Below the pieces are notes generated by a model. That model was not told where the DNA came from. It saw nothing but the letters and a program-made list of their open reading frames with translations, and searched no databases. This document shows, one piece after another, positions 8,603 through 18,062 of a stretch of 64,000 bases of DNA. A program made the translations under genes and the position numbers. How positions within the stretch are numbered: position 1 is the first letter of the stretch; each line of letters opens with the position of its first letter. The DNA is taken from positions 1-64,000 of the IMG/VR virus record IMGVR_UViG_3300050120_000230; one strand, written 5' to 3'.

Positions 8603-9160
8603 ATGGAAATGCGTCGCCTCATTGACCTGTCCACCCCGAGAAAACTCACCGAGAGTGAGCAACGAACCATTTTGAAACCCAAGCGCGGTAAAAATGGTCT
8701 TTTCATCGAAGTGAAAGATGCCAGCGCGGAGCGCGAGACGATTGAAAATCACAATCGCGAACGGTTCGCCAATCACTTCCACTACGCAGACAAATTCGCA
8801 GGGAATACGAACACCTTCGATGCCGAGGGCGACTACAACTGCGGGCGCTGCAACCAAGCGGACGACAAATATTGCCTGCTGCTGGATATCAAGTCCATCG
8901 ACCCGGCGGCTGGTAGCTGCGGAGATTGGGAGAACATCGACGCGGGCGATCCCGAGATGATGCTCAATGAGAAATCCCCGGAAGAAGCCGCCTATGGTGT
9001 TGCCGCGAACGGCAAGGGATTCGGATGCCATCGGTGCCCGTTCGCCAGTCGCGCGTTCGAACCCGACAGCCGAGGCCGGGACAAATATTGCGGCAAGGGC
9101 GATTTCCGGGTGTTCGACAATGCGTGCTGCTCTCTGAATGGCGCCGAACTCAAGAAATAA
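8603..9160 (+). CDS. Cys-rich protein with two HiPIP-like CxxC...C...C modules
   Basis: CGRC..C..IDPAAGSCGDW and CHRC..C..CC; TATAAATA at 8569-8576. Start uncertain (8576, 8603 or 8609). Confidence 0.6.
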   Translation: MEMRRLIDLSTPRKLTESEQRTILKPKRGKNGLFIEVKDASAERETIENHNRERFANHFHYADKFAGNTNTFDAEGDYNCGRCNQADDKYCLLLDIKSIDPAAGSCGDWENIDAGDPEMMLNEKSPEEAAYGVAANGKGFGCHRCPFASRAFEPDSRGRDKYCGKGDFRVFDNACCSLNGAELKK

Positions 9161-9215
9161 GTCGTTGACCAAATCCTTGACTTTCTAGCGATCACCGATA
9201 GGTTGCCCCTACACT

Positions 9216-9596
9216 ATGTCGCGGGGTATCATGTCCAAAATCGGTTTCGCCACTGTCGCTCTCGCCGCCTTGCTGCTCACAAGCTGTGAGGCCCCGGACA
9301 ACGGCCCGGAGAATGCCATGGGGCGAGCCAAAGGCTTCGTTGAAGGCATGGGTTGGAAGCCCACTCAAGTCGAGGTGCTCGCCGAGGGCAAGCCCTGCGC
9401 GAAAGCCGAATATGGCGTTCTGGTTCGCGAAGAGAAAGCCCCCATCGACCGGGTCGCGCTGGTGTGCGTGCCGCAAGCGTCCTACACGGTGACCACGGAC
9501 GGTGGTGTGCCGGTGCCCCGCGCGGTGCAATTCTCCGTCCCGGCGAACGTGGCTCCCGCGCCGCCGGAACCGGCTCCGGCCGAAGTCAGCAAGTAA
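9216..9596 (+). CDS. Putative lipoprotein
   Basis: Hydrophobic stretch ending in LLTSC lipobox. Confidence 0.65.
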   Translation: MSRGIMSKIGFATVALAALLLTSCEAPDNGPENAMGRAKGFVEGMGWKPTQVEVLAEGKPCAKAEYGVLVREEKAPIDRVALVCVPQASYTVTTDGGVPVPRAVQFSVPANVAPAPPEPAPAEVSK

Positions 9597-9597
9597 G

Positions 9598-10671
9598 ATG
9601 GCCACATCCACCCAATACAACCCGCAAGTCGAACTCAACAAGGTGCTGCTGAGCGCCGGGGTGAGCAAGACCGTCTACGCTCTCGTCACGCCGGAAACGG
9701 AAGCGACGAAGGCCGTGGCGTTCGGGGATGCGGGTAGCGCCGAGCGCGAGGAATATCTCGACCAGTTTCGGGATGCGTGGACCGGCAAGCAGGATCGTTT
9801 CCACGAAGAGTTCTTCGAAACTTGGGCCGAATGGTCGAAGCCGATGGTCGATCTCGACCGCAAGCTGTTCCCGTTCTTCTATCCGACCGCTGGGGCCAGC
9901 GAGCCGCTTCGTCATCTGATCTACGAGTTCGCCGCCCGGCGATACAAGCAGGGTGCTCTCGAACCGTTCATTCACGTCTTCGAGGGTGAATACGAAGGCT
10001 ACAAGGCTATGGCCGAAGCCGCCGGGCTCGAAGTGATCGAACATGATCGCGCCGACTGGGAAAATGTCGCCGATATTATGGGGCGGGCTGACGACAACCA
10101 CCTCTTCTTCCTGAGCCAGCCGTCCGCCATCGACGGCAACATCTGGGAAGACGCCCCGAAGTTTCTGGCGAAGATTTCCGAGCACATGGCGTGGAGCCAA
10201 TGGCCGGTCGATCCGAGGGTCGTGATGGACCTGACCTATGTCGGCGCCGTCGCCGATGTGAAGATGAAGTTCAACATGAACGAACCCTGCGTCCGCAACG
10301 TGGTGTTCAGTCTCTCCAAGCCGTTCGGCACCTATTACGACCGCATCGGCGGCGTGTTCTGCCGGTGGGAAGACGCGGGTCTGTTCGGCAACAAGTGGTT
10401 CAAAGGTCTCACCGGCCTTCGGATCGGCACGCTGATGATGCAGCGCCATCATGTGTTCGAACTGCCGCGCAAATATCTGCACTATCAGCACCTCGCCGCC
10501 GCGCACGCGAGCAAGGCTCTGGGATTTGAGTTCACCCCGGCCGATGTGTATCTTCTGGCCACGGCGCCTGCCGGAGGCGACTTGCCAATGGCCAACTACC
10601 TTCGACGGGCGGGAAAACTTCGAGTGTGTGTCACGCCCGCGATGGCCAAGATGATCGCGGAGAACGCGTAA
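9598..10671 (+). CDS. PLP-dependent aminotransferase-like enzyme (fold type I)
   Basis: TAGASE, SQPSAIDG, MDLTY, FSLSKPFG..RIG (PLP lysine) and LRVC motifs. Confidence 0.75.
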   Translation: MATSTQYNPQVELNKVLLSAGVSKTVYALVTPETEATKAVAFGDAGSAEREEYLDQFRDAWTGKQDRFHEEFFETWAEWSKPMVDLDRKLFPFFYPTAGASEPLRHLIYEFAARRYKQGALEPFIHVFEGEYEGYKAMAEAAGLEVIEHDRADWENVADIMGRADDNHLFFLSQPSAIDGNIWEDAPKFLAKISEHMAWSQWPVDPRVVMDLTYVGAVADVKMKFNMNEPCVRNVVFSLSKPFGTYYDRIGGVFCRWEDAGLFGNKWFKGLTGLRIGTLMMQRHHVFELPRKYLHYQHLAAAHASKALGFEFTPADVYLLATAPAGGDLPMANYLRRAGKLRVCVTPAMAKMIAENA

Positions 10672-11012
10672 TGGCTTGGCTCCTGACCGCCGACATGGAC
10701 ACCGAAGGCCACGGACGAGAAGGCTTCTTGGACGGATGGCATGTCGTTGCCTTCAGCCGGAAACCGGCCGCGCTCAAAGCCAAGGCGAAAATCGAGGCGC
10801 TGATTTCTGAGATCAATGCAGCGGTTCACGATCTACAACCCTATGAGCGCGGAGAGGCAGTCGTCGAAACTCCGCAGTGGCGTGAACTCGTCGCCTCGTT
10901 CCCGAAAGCGTTCGGAGAATATCCCACCGCCTATTTCAATGAACACGATTTTTCGACGGACAGGGACTTCAACGTCCTGCTCGATGTCGTCCCCTTGGAG
11001 GTTCGTCGATGA
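10671..11012 (+). CDS. Hypothetical protein
   Basis: TAATG-coupled to the PLP enzyme gene. Confidence 0.6.
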   Translation: MAWLLTADMDTEGHGREGFLDGWHVVAFSRKPAALKAKAKIEALISEINAAVHDLQPYERGEAVVETPQWRELVASFPKAFGEYPTAYFNEHDFSTDRDFNVLLDVVPLEVRR

Positions 11013-11845
11013 AGAACATTCAGTGCATCGCCGACAAGGCGGAAATCCACACGTTCGTCATGCGCTTGTGGAAAACGGATATGTTCCGTGAGTCTCATAG
11101 GGCTGGCGGGTTCATCTTCCGAGCCGTCGAGCGGTTCGCATGGCTTCCGCGCGTGTTCGCGGAGATGTCGAACGATCATCTGGAACGGGCTCACTTCTCG
11201 TCATGGTGGGGCGTGACGATGCTGCGCGAGGATTACACCAACCCGGTCATCCACGATCTCTATCTTCTGCACGAATTCTACCACGCCGCCCACATGCCCT
11301 ACATCCCGAACATCGGGAAGGCGGCCTTCGACGACAAGATGCAACGCAACGAACTCGAAGCGAGCGTCCTGTCCGAAATCGCGGTCTACTTCGAGATGCC
11401 CGGCCTACGCGAAGTGTCCTTCGATCACGACATCTACGCGGATCGGTTCCTCAACGACCCGGTCATGAACGTGCTCTGGAAGACCAACAAGGACGTGGCC
11501 GTCGAGACCATTCGCTCGATGCGTCGGGACGTGATGGTCAGCAAGCCCGAACACCTCATGGACCTGACGGAAAGCTGGATTCGTCGGTTTGCCGAGCAGA
11601 ACGCCATCTACTCGATTACGTGGTCGGATCGCTATCTGGAAGTCGAACGCCGGATGGCGGACTTGCAGACGCAGGCCGCCGCCGACCGGAACGATGCCCT
11701 GAAGTACCACGTCGATTGGATCATTCGCGAAGCCGAACGTGATCCACTGGACAACGTGCCTTTCCGTCAAGAGGCCGAACTGTTCGCTACGTTCTATTGG
11801 GCGAACAAGGAAAAATATTCGGTGGCAATGGCGAAGAACAAATGA
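11009..11845 (+). CDS. HExxH-motif protein (putative metalloenzyme)
   Basis: LLHEFYHAAH with downstream NELEAS; clean 278-aa ORF. Confidence 0.65.
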   Translation: MKNIQCIADKAEIHTFVMRLWKTDMFRESHRAGGFIFRAVERFAWLPRVFAEMSNDHLERAHFSSWWGVTMLREDYTNPVIHDLYLLHEFYHAAHMPYIPNIGKAAFDDKMQRNELEASVLSEIAVYFEMPGLREVSFDHDIYADRFLNDPVMNVLWKTNKDVAVETIRSMRRDVMVSKPEHLMDLTESWIRRFAEQNAIYSITWSDRYLEVERRMADLQTQAAADRNDALKYHVDWIIREAERDPLDNVPFRQEAELFATFYWANKEKYSVAMAKNK

Positions 11846-12033
11846 CCCGTTCCGAGGAATACCGCGCCAAGGCGGCCGAGATGCGCGACGAGGCGGCGAA
11901 GACGAACCTGCCGCTGGTGCGTCAACAGCATCTCATTGCCGCCAAGGTGTGGGACAGCATGGCCGACCGCGAAGATCATGCGATCCGCCAAGCCGACGAC
12001 CGTCGCGCGAGCATTCAAAAGGAACCGGGATGA
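11842..12033 (+). CDS. Small helical hypothetical protein
   Basis: Starts MTRSEEYRAKAAE; coupled ORF. Confidence 0.6.
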   Translation: MTRSEEYRAKAAEMRDEAAKTNLPLVRQQHLIAAKVWDSMADREDHAIRQADDRRASIQKEPG

Positions 12034-12052
12034 CGTTTATGGTCACCGTCTG

Positions 12053-12514
12053 ATGGGAATGCCCTACGCCCTTCTGAAGCAAGACAAGCCCGAGGTTTTC
12101 GACCTTGGGAAGGGCGTTCGCATGGTCGGTTGGACCGAAGTGTTCGAACGCCGCTACGGGCCTCCCTTCAGCAATACCCCGGCGGACATTTTCAACATCT
12201 TCGGGTCGGACGACAAGGGCAATTTCTTGGAGCCGTTGCAGTCGCTCGATTTGGCGCTCCTGACCAAACGTCTCGAAAAATTCGATCACGGATATTCGGG
12301 CGAGGCGGCGGTTGTCGCCAAGCGGATCATCGACTGGATGGGTGACGATGTCTGCTATCTTTGCAACTACTGGGAAGAGCTTTCCGGCTGCATCGAGAGC
12401 CGCATGAGCGCGAAGAAAATCGCTGCCGAGTTCAACGATCTCGCCGTGAAACTTTCGGTCCCCATGGCCAAATACAAGGAAACCGGCGACGTGTGGGGCT
12501 CGGACCATGACTGA
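12053..12514 (+). CDS. Hypothetical protein
   Basis: ORF in a co-oriented cluster. Confidence 0.55.
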   Translation: MGMPYALLKQDKPEVFDLGKGVRMVGWTEVFERRYGPPFSNTPADIFNIFGSDDKGNFLEPLQSLDLALLTKRLEKFDHGYSGEAAVVAKRIIDWMGDDVCYLCNYWEELSGCIESRMSAKKIAAEFNDLAVKLSVPMAKYKETGDVWGSDHD

Positions 12515-12902
12515 AAAACTTCAGCGCACAAAATTCGCGATCTATGATCCCACGACGAAGCTCTTCGTTTCGAAGAAACGTGGCTATCTCCAAAACATTT
12601 GGACTGACCAGTTCGAAAACATTCAGAGCTATGCCATTCCGAGCAACGCACTCGAAATACAGCAGTGGGCGAAGTCCATGGCGCCTGCGGCCGAGATCAT
12701 CGAATTGACGATCACACTGGAATGGACCACTGCAAAGTCCGACTTCTCAATCGAAGACACGTCACAGTTCAAGAAGCACAAGGCGTTCTACGACAAGTTC
12801 CTTCCGGCGGTTGAGAAGGACGTGGACTCGCTGAGTGACGCCGACTGGAAGCGTTTCAAAAACGCTCGATATTTCCTTCAACGGGCAAAGGTCATCCCAT
12901 GA
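12507..12902 (+). CDS. Hypothetical protein
   Basis: Overlap-coupled ORF. Confidence 0.65.
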   Translation: MTEKLQRTKFAIYDPTTKLFVSKKRGYLQNIWTDQFENIQSYAIPSNALEIQQWAKSMAPAAEIIELTITLEWTTAKSDFSIEDTSQFKKHKAFYDKFLPAVEKDVDSLSDADWKRFKNARYFLQRAKVIP

Positions 12903-13276
12903 GTTTCGCATCCGTGGCCTGTCCCGAGACCGATAAACCGTGTTCGGCTATCTCATGCGTAAATGCGGGAATTCCACTCTCGACGTGCATTCACCGTGGT
13001 GTCGAGCAGTTCGTCGGCCGCTCGCACGGTGATCCCCGGACGGAGATCATCTGGAAGAGCCTGCCCTACTATCCGCACGGCTTCATCGTGCCCGCGCTGA
13101 ACACACAGAATACGCCAACAGCGATCCTGAACTGGCTGGACGAAAACTGCGAGTTCGGCGACTGGGTGCGCTATTTCGGGACGTTCCGTTTCAAGTCGAA
13201 ACAAACGTCCGACTCGTTTCGTCTCTGGCTTCTCGAACAAGCTCGCCCTGACTTGAAGAAAGTTCTCGCAGCCTGA
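12899..13276 (+). CDS. Hypothetical protein (WL...F.F.....F.L family)
   Basis: NWLDENC...FRFKSKQTSDSFRLW. Confidence 0.6.
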   Translation: MSFASVACPETDKPCSAISCVNAGIPLSTCIHRGVEQFVGRSHGDPRTEIIWKSLPYYPHGFIVPALNTQNTPTAILNWLDENCEFGDWVRYFGTFRFKSKQTSDSFRLWLLEQARPDLKKVLAA

Positions 13277-13420
13277 TGTTCATGCGCTGGCGCCTTCCCA
13301 AGCGGTTCTGGGGTCATCCTGACAACTGGAACGATGCGGCGTGGGACGAATACATGGATCGCGGCATGAGCGGTCACTGGTATGATCGGCTCGTATGCTG
13401 GTGGAGAGGGTGGGAAAAGA

Positions 13421-13630
13421 GTGTCTAGGCCAGAACTGCATCTGCAAGTCGTTCGCGAAGCGGTTGTCGAGAAACTGTCGCTGGGCGGCGAAGTAGTATC
13501 CGACGCGGGCGTTGATCGGATCGTCGATCAAGTGATGACAATGCTGGAAAGCAAAGCTATCGGGACCATTGCCGAGTTGCACGCCGGTATTGACGCAGCC
13601 ATCGCGAAAGAACTCGGGCGCGGCAACTGA
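13421..13630 (+). CDS. Hypothetical protein
   Basis: GTG start in a co-oriented cluster. Confidence 0.5.
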   Translation: MSRPELHLQVVREAVVEKLSLGGEVVSDAGVDRIVDQVMTMLESKAIGTIAELHAGIDAAIAKELGRGN

Positions 13631-13686
13631 TATTGTTGACAGCATGGAAACCTGTGAGATCATCTGATCTCACATAGGAGCCCTGC

Positions 13687-13956
13687 ATGACCAAATCCGT
13701 TTCTTACATGCCGAGCGTTTTCTGGGTCGCCACGGTTCACCGCGACTCCGAGACGATTCCGATGAGCCTCTGTTCGATGATTTCTGATCTTTGGGGCCGA
13801 GACATCGAAACGGTGAAAACGGACGTGGCCGAGCGGATCGTCATTCTCCGTAAGCGCCACCGCGCGGTGGAAATCGCCCATCATGAAGAAATCTCGTTCG
13901 GTGTTGCCGAACGGCGTGCGGAGCAGGAAGCCAACACGAAGGTCGAATTCGCATGA
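13687..13956 (+). CDS. Hypothetical protein
   Basis: TTGACA promoter-like sequence and AGGAG SD upstream. Confidence 0.65.
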   Translation: MTKSVSYMPSVFWVATVHRDSETIPMSLCSMISDLWGRDIETVKTDVAERIVILRKRHRAVEIAHHEEISFGVAERRAEQEANTKVEFA

Positions 13957-14243
13957 ATACCTGCAACATTGAGCAAGGCGCCGAAGGTCCGGTGTTCGCC
14001 TGTGCCTATGAGAACATGGGCAAGGCGCTCTATGAGACTTCGAGCCGACTGACGCCGCGCATCGTGGTCGCCGACAAGATCGGCGACGGTAGTGCTGGTG
14101 TCGAGATCGCCATCGAGTATTCGGAAAGGTCCGATCACACCAACAAGCACATCGTCTTGGCACCGGTTTTCACCCCCGCCATGGCCCGGCAATTCGCAGC
14201 GCGCCTGATGGAAGCTGCCAATGAAGCTGAACAGGTGGTCTGA
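13953..14243 (+). CDS. Hypothetical protein
   Basis: ATGA-coupled ORF. Confidence 0.6.
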   Translation: MNTCNIEQGAEGPVFACAYENMGKALYETSSRLTPRIVVADKIGDGSAGVEIAIEYSERSDHTNKHIVLAPVFTPAMARQFAARLMEAANEAEQVV

Positions 14244-14656
14244 TGATCGTATGCGTAGAAGAATGCACCGAAACTAAGATCGGCCAAACCCCCGGCACGC
14301 CCGAGGGCTGGCGTGACTCGCGCGACTATGCGCGAGACTCTTCCACTAGTTTCATCCGCGTTGATCGGCTTGCCGCCAACAACCCGCTGCGTGTGGCTAT
14401 CGAACACGCCATTGCATGGCAACGGGAGATGGGTGACGAGCGGATGAACTACGACTATGACGGCGAACTGCCGTATCCCTATTCGTCTTCAATTTACGCG
14501 AACACCAACGGCGCGAGCGACTCCGAGGTGTTCGTGGAAGACCACGAGTTTCCCCTGATGGTGGAAGCCAGCATTCGTCTCTGCATCGAGGAAGATGGGG
14601 CAGTCGTTCGCCAGTTGCGCGAAGCTGACGTTCGCAAGTGCATCGAGAACGGTTGA
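14243..14656 (+). CDS. Hypothetical protein
   Basis: TGATG-coupled ORF. Confidence 0.6.
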   Translation: MIVCVEECTETKIGQTPGTPEGWRDSRDYARDSSTSFIRVDRLAANNPLRVAIEHAIAWQREMGDERMNYDYDGELPYPYSSSIYANTNGASDSEVFVEDHEFPLMVEASIRLCIEEDGAVVRQLREADVRKCIENG

Positions 14657-14706
14657 CTTAATCTCTTTGGTCAACCATTCTCCCATAGCTTAGCTTGGGG
14701 GTTCAA

Positions 14707-14979
14707 ATGGCTAAATGGCGGGATATTTTCAAAGGCATCGGAACATGTATTCTACTGCTTTTCGCTTTCCTGATACTTCGGTCGTGTGATCCAGACGTAG
14801 AGATCAAGCGGGCACAGGCACGAGCCGATGATGCATATGCCCTAGCGGACGAAGCACGAGTAAAGCAAGAAGACGCTGAAAATCGGTTGGCTGATACTGA
14901 GACAAAGCTAAAGGATGCAGATGACCGATTAACGGCTATCGAGCAAAAAATCTGCGGAGGGAGCACCTGTGATGAGTAA
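14707..14979 (+). CDS. Membrane-anchored coiled-coil protein
   Basis: N-terminal TM segment followed by a heptad-rich region. Confidence 0.6.
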   Translation: MAKWRDIFKGIGTCILLLFAFLILRSCDPDVEIKRAQARADDAYALADEARVKQEDAENRLADTETKLKDADDRLTAIEQKICGGSTCDE

Positions 14980-15502
14980 TCGGATGTTCAAGACAATTCT
15001 CATCGCCGGTGCGGTTCTGATGCTCGCGGCCCCAGTCCATGCGTTAGAACGCGATGGCTTCCGTGTCGGAATGACGTTTGACGAGGCCCAAAAAACTGTG
15101 CCGCTTGGCTACTCTCTCAAGCTTCTTCCGAATGCCACTTCTATTTTCCAAGCCTACATTCCCATAAATGATAGGCAAGACGTGTTTGGTAGCCTCGCGT
15201 TTTGTCGTGGCCATTTGATTTCCTATGCCAGCCCAAATATTAACGTGGACGGCGAATACATCAACGAAGTTGAGAGGGCGATTTCTATCTATGGCTCCCA
15301 GCCCAGAACAAAAGTAATTAGTTCTTCGTGGTCTGGTAGAGGCGGCGGCACGATCCAAACTATGTCGTTGACTTGGACTCTGGTTTCCGGCGAGCAATAT
15401 GAAATTGATCTACTTCCCCAAGGCCACGATTCATATGGTAACGTTAGTCACATAGCGTCGGCCTTCGTCCGCATCGCTGCACAAAATACCCGTTGTAGCT
15501 GA
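14972..15502 (+). CDS. Secreted/periplasmic hypothetical protein
   Basis: Signal peptide ending PVHA; GFRVGMTFDEA; lower GC than neighbours. Confidence 0.65.
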   Translation: MSNRMFKTILIAGAVLMLAAPVHALERDGFRVGMTFDEAQKTVPLGYSLKLLPNATSIFQAYIPINDRQDVFGSLAFCRGHLISYASPNINVDGEYINEVERAISIYGSQPRTKVISSSWSGRGGGTIQTMSLTWTLVSGEQYEIDLLPQGHDSYGNVSHIASAFVRIAAQNTRCS

Positions 15503-15566
15503 AAATATTGACCACGGTTGGGCGAACAGGTAACTTGAGAGCATAGCTCATCAAGGATATATTCAA

Positions 15567-15698
15567 ATGACTACCTCTAAAAAAGATGCCAGCAAAGCTG
15601 GCAAAATCCTGCGCGAAAGCAAGGATAAAGACATGAAGAGCGTCGCGGCTTCTGATTTGGCCCAGACGAAACGAAATACCACGAAGAAAAAGAAATGA
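15567..15698 (+). CDS. Small basic protein, not in ORF track
   Basis: AAGGA SD; MTTSKKDASKAGKILRESKDKDMKSVAASDLAQTKRNTTKKKK. Confidence 0.6.
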   Translation: MTTSKKDASKAGKILRESKDKDMKSVAASDLAQTKRNTTKKKK

Positions 15699-15952
15699 TC
15701 GGTTCGCGCATCACAACTCTCTTGGGTGTGGGTTCCATCCAAAAGATTAACGGAAGCATCGCAACCGTGAAATTGGACGAAGCCATGAAAGTCATGGCGA
15801 CCCAAGAAATCTTTGACACGGTTGATGTGAATACCGCCGAAGAACCTCGTGTGGGAATTTATATGGCCGTGCTACCGGTCTTAAATAATCCGCCGCCCGG
15901 TGACCTTGGCGATCAACTCTATCATAAGGCCAGTCTCCGGCGTCTCGCGTAA
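15695..15952 (+). CDS. Hypothetical protein
   Basis: ATGA-coupled ORF. Confidence 0.5.
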   Translation: MIGSRITTLLGVGSIQKINGSIATVKLDEAMKVMATQEIFDTVDVNTAEEPRVGIYMAVLPVLNNPPPGDLGDQLYHKASLRRLA

Positions 15953-15978
15953 GGAAACCCCTTTTCATAAATACTCGT

Positions 15979-16473
15979 ATGCGCGAGTTCATGAATATCG
16001 TCAACGAAGGTCTGGCCGGAGAGGACGAGATGCTCAGTGAGGCAACACCGCGAAACTTCGGAAAATGGGCGGCGAGCATGGCCGGAGCAGCCGCGCTGGC
16101 GGCGGGGCTCAGTGGCTGCTCTGACACAACGTCTGGCAGTCCTACACCGGTTGTGAGCAAGGCAGATTGCGAGAGTGATGGCGGTGCCGGGTGCGAAACG
16201 GAAGCCGACAGTCCAGAAGGCGCCGAGGCTATCGACTATAAGAACGAGTGGAACAGGCGCCTTTGCCTTGCACAAGGTGGTGACTGGGACTCAAGTTCCA
16301 TGATACCCACCAAAATTGCCGATCACCCGCTCCGTGGGATGTGTAGCAATATAAGACAAAGAGATGCTTGTGCCGATGTTGGGGCCTGTCCCGAACTGGA
16401 TGATAAGGGCATGAAACAATGGGACAGGGATTGGTGGAAAGCGCACCCGAATCTCATCCAACCGAAACCGTGA
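15979..16473 (+). CDS. Late protein with N-terminal tag, internal lipobox and Cys-rich body
   Basis: TAAATA 5 nt upstream; MREFMNIVNE...LSEA...AAALAAGLSGC. Confidence 0.65.
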   Translation: MREFMNIVNEGLAGEDEMLSEATPRNFGKWAASMAGAAALAAGLSGCSDTTSGSPTPVVSKADCESDGGAGCETEADSPEGAEAIDYKNEWNRRLCLAQGGDWDSSSMIPTKIADHPLRGMCSNIRQRDACADVGACPELDDKGMKQWDRDWWKAHPNLIQPKP

Positions 16474-16514
16474 CCAATTTCCGATAATGCATCATGTGCG
16501 CGTAAGGGATCGCG

Positions 16515-16718
16515 ATGGAACCTAAACTGACCGTGAAATTCTACGTTTCGGCATATGACGAAAGCGGCTACGGGGACAATCGATCAAAAGATTTCGACAG
16601 TGGTGACGCCGCCGTAGCGTATGCCGAATCTTTGGAGGCCCGGTTCCACGCGTCGGTCTATAAGCGGATCACGATGGAGCCCATGAGCATCCAAATTTGG
16701 CCGATCCGCGAACCTTGA
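16515..16718 (+). CDS. Hypothetical protein
   Basis: AAGGGA SD; short ORF. Confidence 0.55.
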   Translation: MEPKLTVKFYVSAYDESGYGDNRSKDFDSGDAAVAYAESLEARFHASVYKRITMEPMSIQIWPIREP

Positions 16719-17025
16719 TGTCCACTGCGCGAGCTTCTCGCGCATCGTATGCATTCCATCGCATCCGGGCGATCACGATGTTCGCGTCGGTGACTGATCC
16801 AAGTTCGAAATGCTGGGTCACTGGTTGGTTCGGCCAATGCACAGCGTGGCCCAATCTCTGCAACTTATAAACCTCGTTGCGTTCCGGCATAGGCTTGGCA
16901 TCGAACTCCTGCCAATCGGATTGGTAGAACTGCGAGCCGAGATAGTGCCAACCGGGATGATGCTCGTCCAACCAGTCGTGAACCTCTGCCGTTTGACGGT
17001 AGAGGATCGGAAACGTCATAATCAT
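16669..17025 (-). CDS. Hypothetical protein
   Basis: Coupled to the upstream minus-strand ORF. Confidence 0.5.
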   Translation of the reverse strand: MIMTFPILYRQTAEVHDWLDEHHPGWHYLGSQFYQSDWQEFDAKPMPERNEVYKLQRLGHAVHWPNQPVTQHFELGSVTDANIVIARMRWNAYDAREARAVDIKVRGSAKFGCSWAPS

Positions 17026-17183
17026 TTGGCGCGCAGACGTTCGATCTCGTCGGCCGCTTCGTCCAGTAGATCGGCGATACGATCCCGCTGGCCTTCCTGA
17101 ACGGATTTTCGACTCGGTATTTGGCGCCTGATTTCCGCACGTTTGCGGAGCCGGTAGACCAGATCGGTTTCATCCTCAATCAT
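17022..17183 (-). CDS. Small hypothetical phage protein, not in ORF track
   Basis: MIEDETDLVYRLRKRAEIRRQIPSRKSVQEGQRDRIADLLDEAADEIERLRAK; ATGA overlaps at both ends. Confidence 0.7.
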   Translation of the reverse strand: MIEDETDLVYRLRKRAEIRRQIPSRKSVQEGQRDRIADLLDEAADEIERLRAK

Positions 17184-17707
17184 TTCGTTCCACGATTTGG
17201 CTCAAGGCCAACCCACGTCAAAATTGTTTCCAGCCCGGCCCAGAAGCCGATCCCGTCGAGGATCGGGTTCAGGATGTTCGTCAACGGGCAGTAGCGACGA
17301 TCCTCATGCCTGTGATGACCATTGTGGTGGTTCGGAGACTGGATGATCCCGATCTCCTGCAACATCAAAAATCTGCCCGGCCGGTGCGTGAGAACATGCA
17401 CTTCGTTCAACAGCAGGCCACCCAAAGTGGCGAAGAACCATACGAACGACGGACCCGCGAGACCAAACCAAACGGCGCTCACGATGCTGACGGCAACCCA
17501 CGTTTCGATATTGCGATAGATCAGAGAGTTCCCGAGGAAAGACTGTGGATCAGAATGATGTAGGCGATTGGCCTTGATGACCATCGGCCCGATCAGCGGC
17601 ATGTCTTCTCGTCCCACACGGTCTTCCCACCAGTGAAAAACGCCACCCGCAAAATCTGCGATGAGCCAACCGAGCAATGATTGGCCAAAAATTCGGAAAT
17701 CGTCCAT
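17180..17707 (-). CDS. CarF/TMEM189 (Kua-B) family lipid desaturase
   Basis: ADFAGGVFHWWED, RLHH, NEVHVLTH, LQEIGIIQSPNHHNGHH..YC histidine pattern; TM helices. Confidence 0.85.
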   Translation of the reverse strand: MDDFRIFGQSLLGWLIADFAGGVFHWWEDRVGREDMPLIGPMVIKANRLHHSDPQSFLGNSLIYRNIETWVAVSIVSAVWFGLAGPSFVWFFATLGGLLLNEVHVLTHRPGRFLMLQEIGIIQSPNHHNGHHRHEDRRYCPLTNILNPILDGIGFWAGLETILTWVGLEPNRGTK

Positions 17708-17723
17708 GTCTCCTATTTATGGG

Positions 17724-18062
17724 TCAGACCATCTTTAACATCAGAGCGAACTTCTCGCGGGCTGCGACAAGCTCAGCCGAGAGTCCTTTGATCTGTTCGA
17801 CCAATTCTTCGGCTTCTTCCAGAGTTTCGACCCGTTTCACGACATGCTTCATCTCGACTTCGTATTGGCCGGGGTTTCGAGATTGAAGGACCGCCGGATG
17901 AATAGCGCGCGTCCAAGTGTATTGCGGAACAGTGACCAGCCCTCGTCCCAAGGACGCCAGACTTCGGCCGATATAATTGCCGTTGTTCGATTCCCGCCAA
18001 AAGCTCCGAACCTCGAAGACATTCCACACGCCGTTTTCGTCGGAGACGAGGACGTAGCTCAC
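17724..18062 (-). CDS. Hypothetical protein
   Basis: GTGA-coupled ORF. Confidence 0.55.
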   Translation of the reverse strand: MSYVLVSDENGVWNVFEVRSFWRESNNGNYIGRSLASLGRGLVTVPQYTWTRAIHPAVLQSRNPGQYEVEMKHVVKRVETLEEAEELVEQIKGLSAELVAAREKFALMLKMV

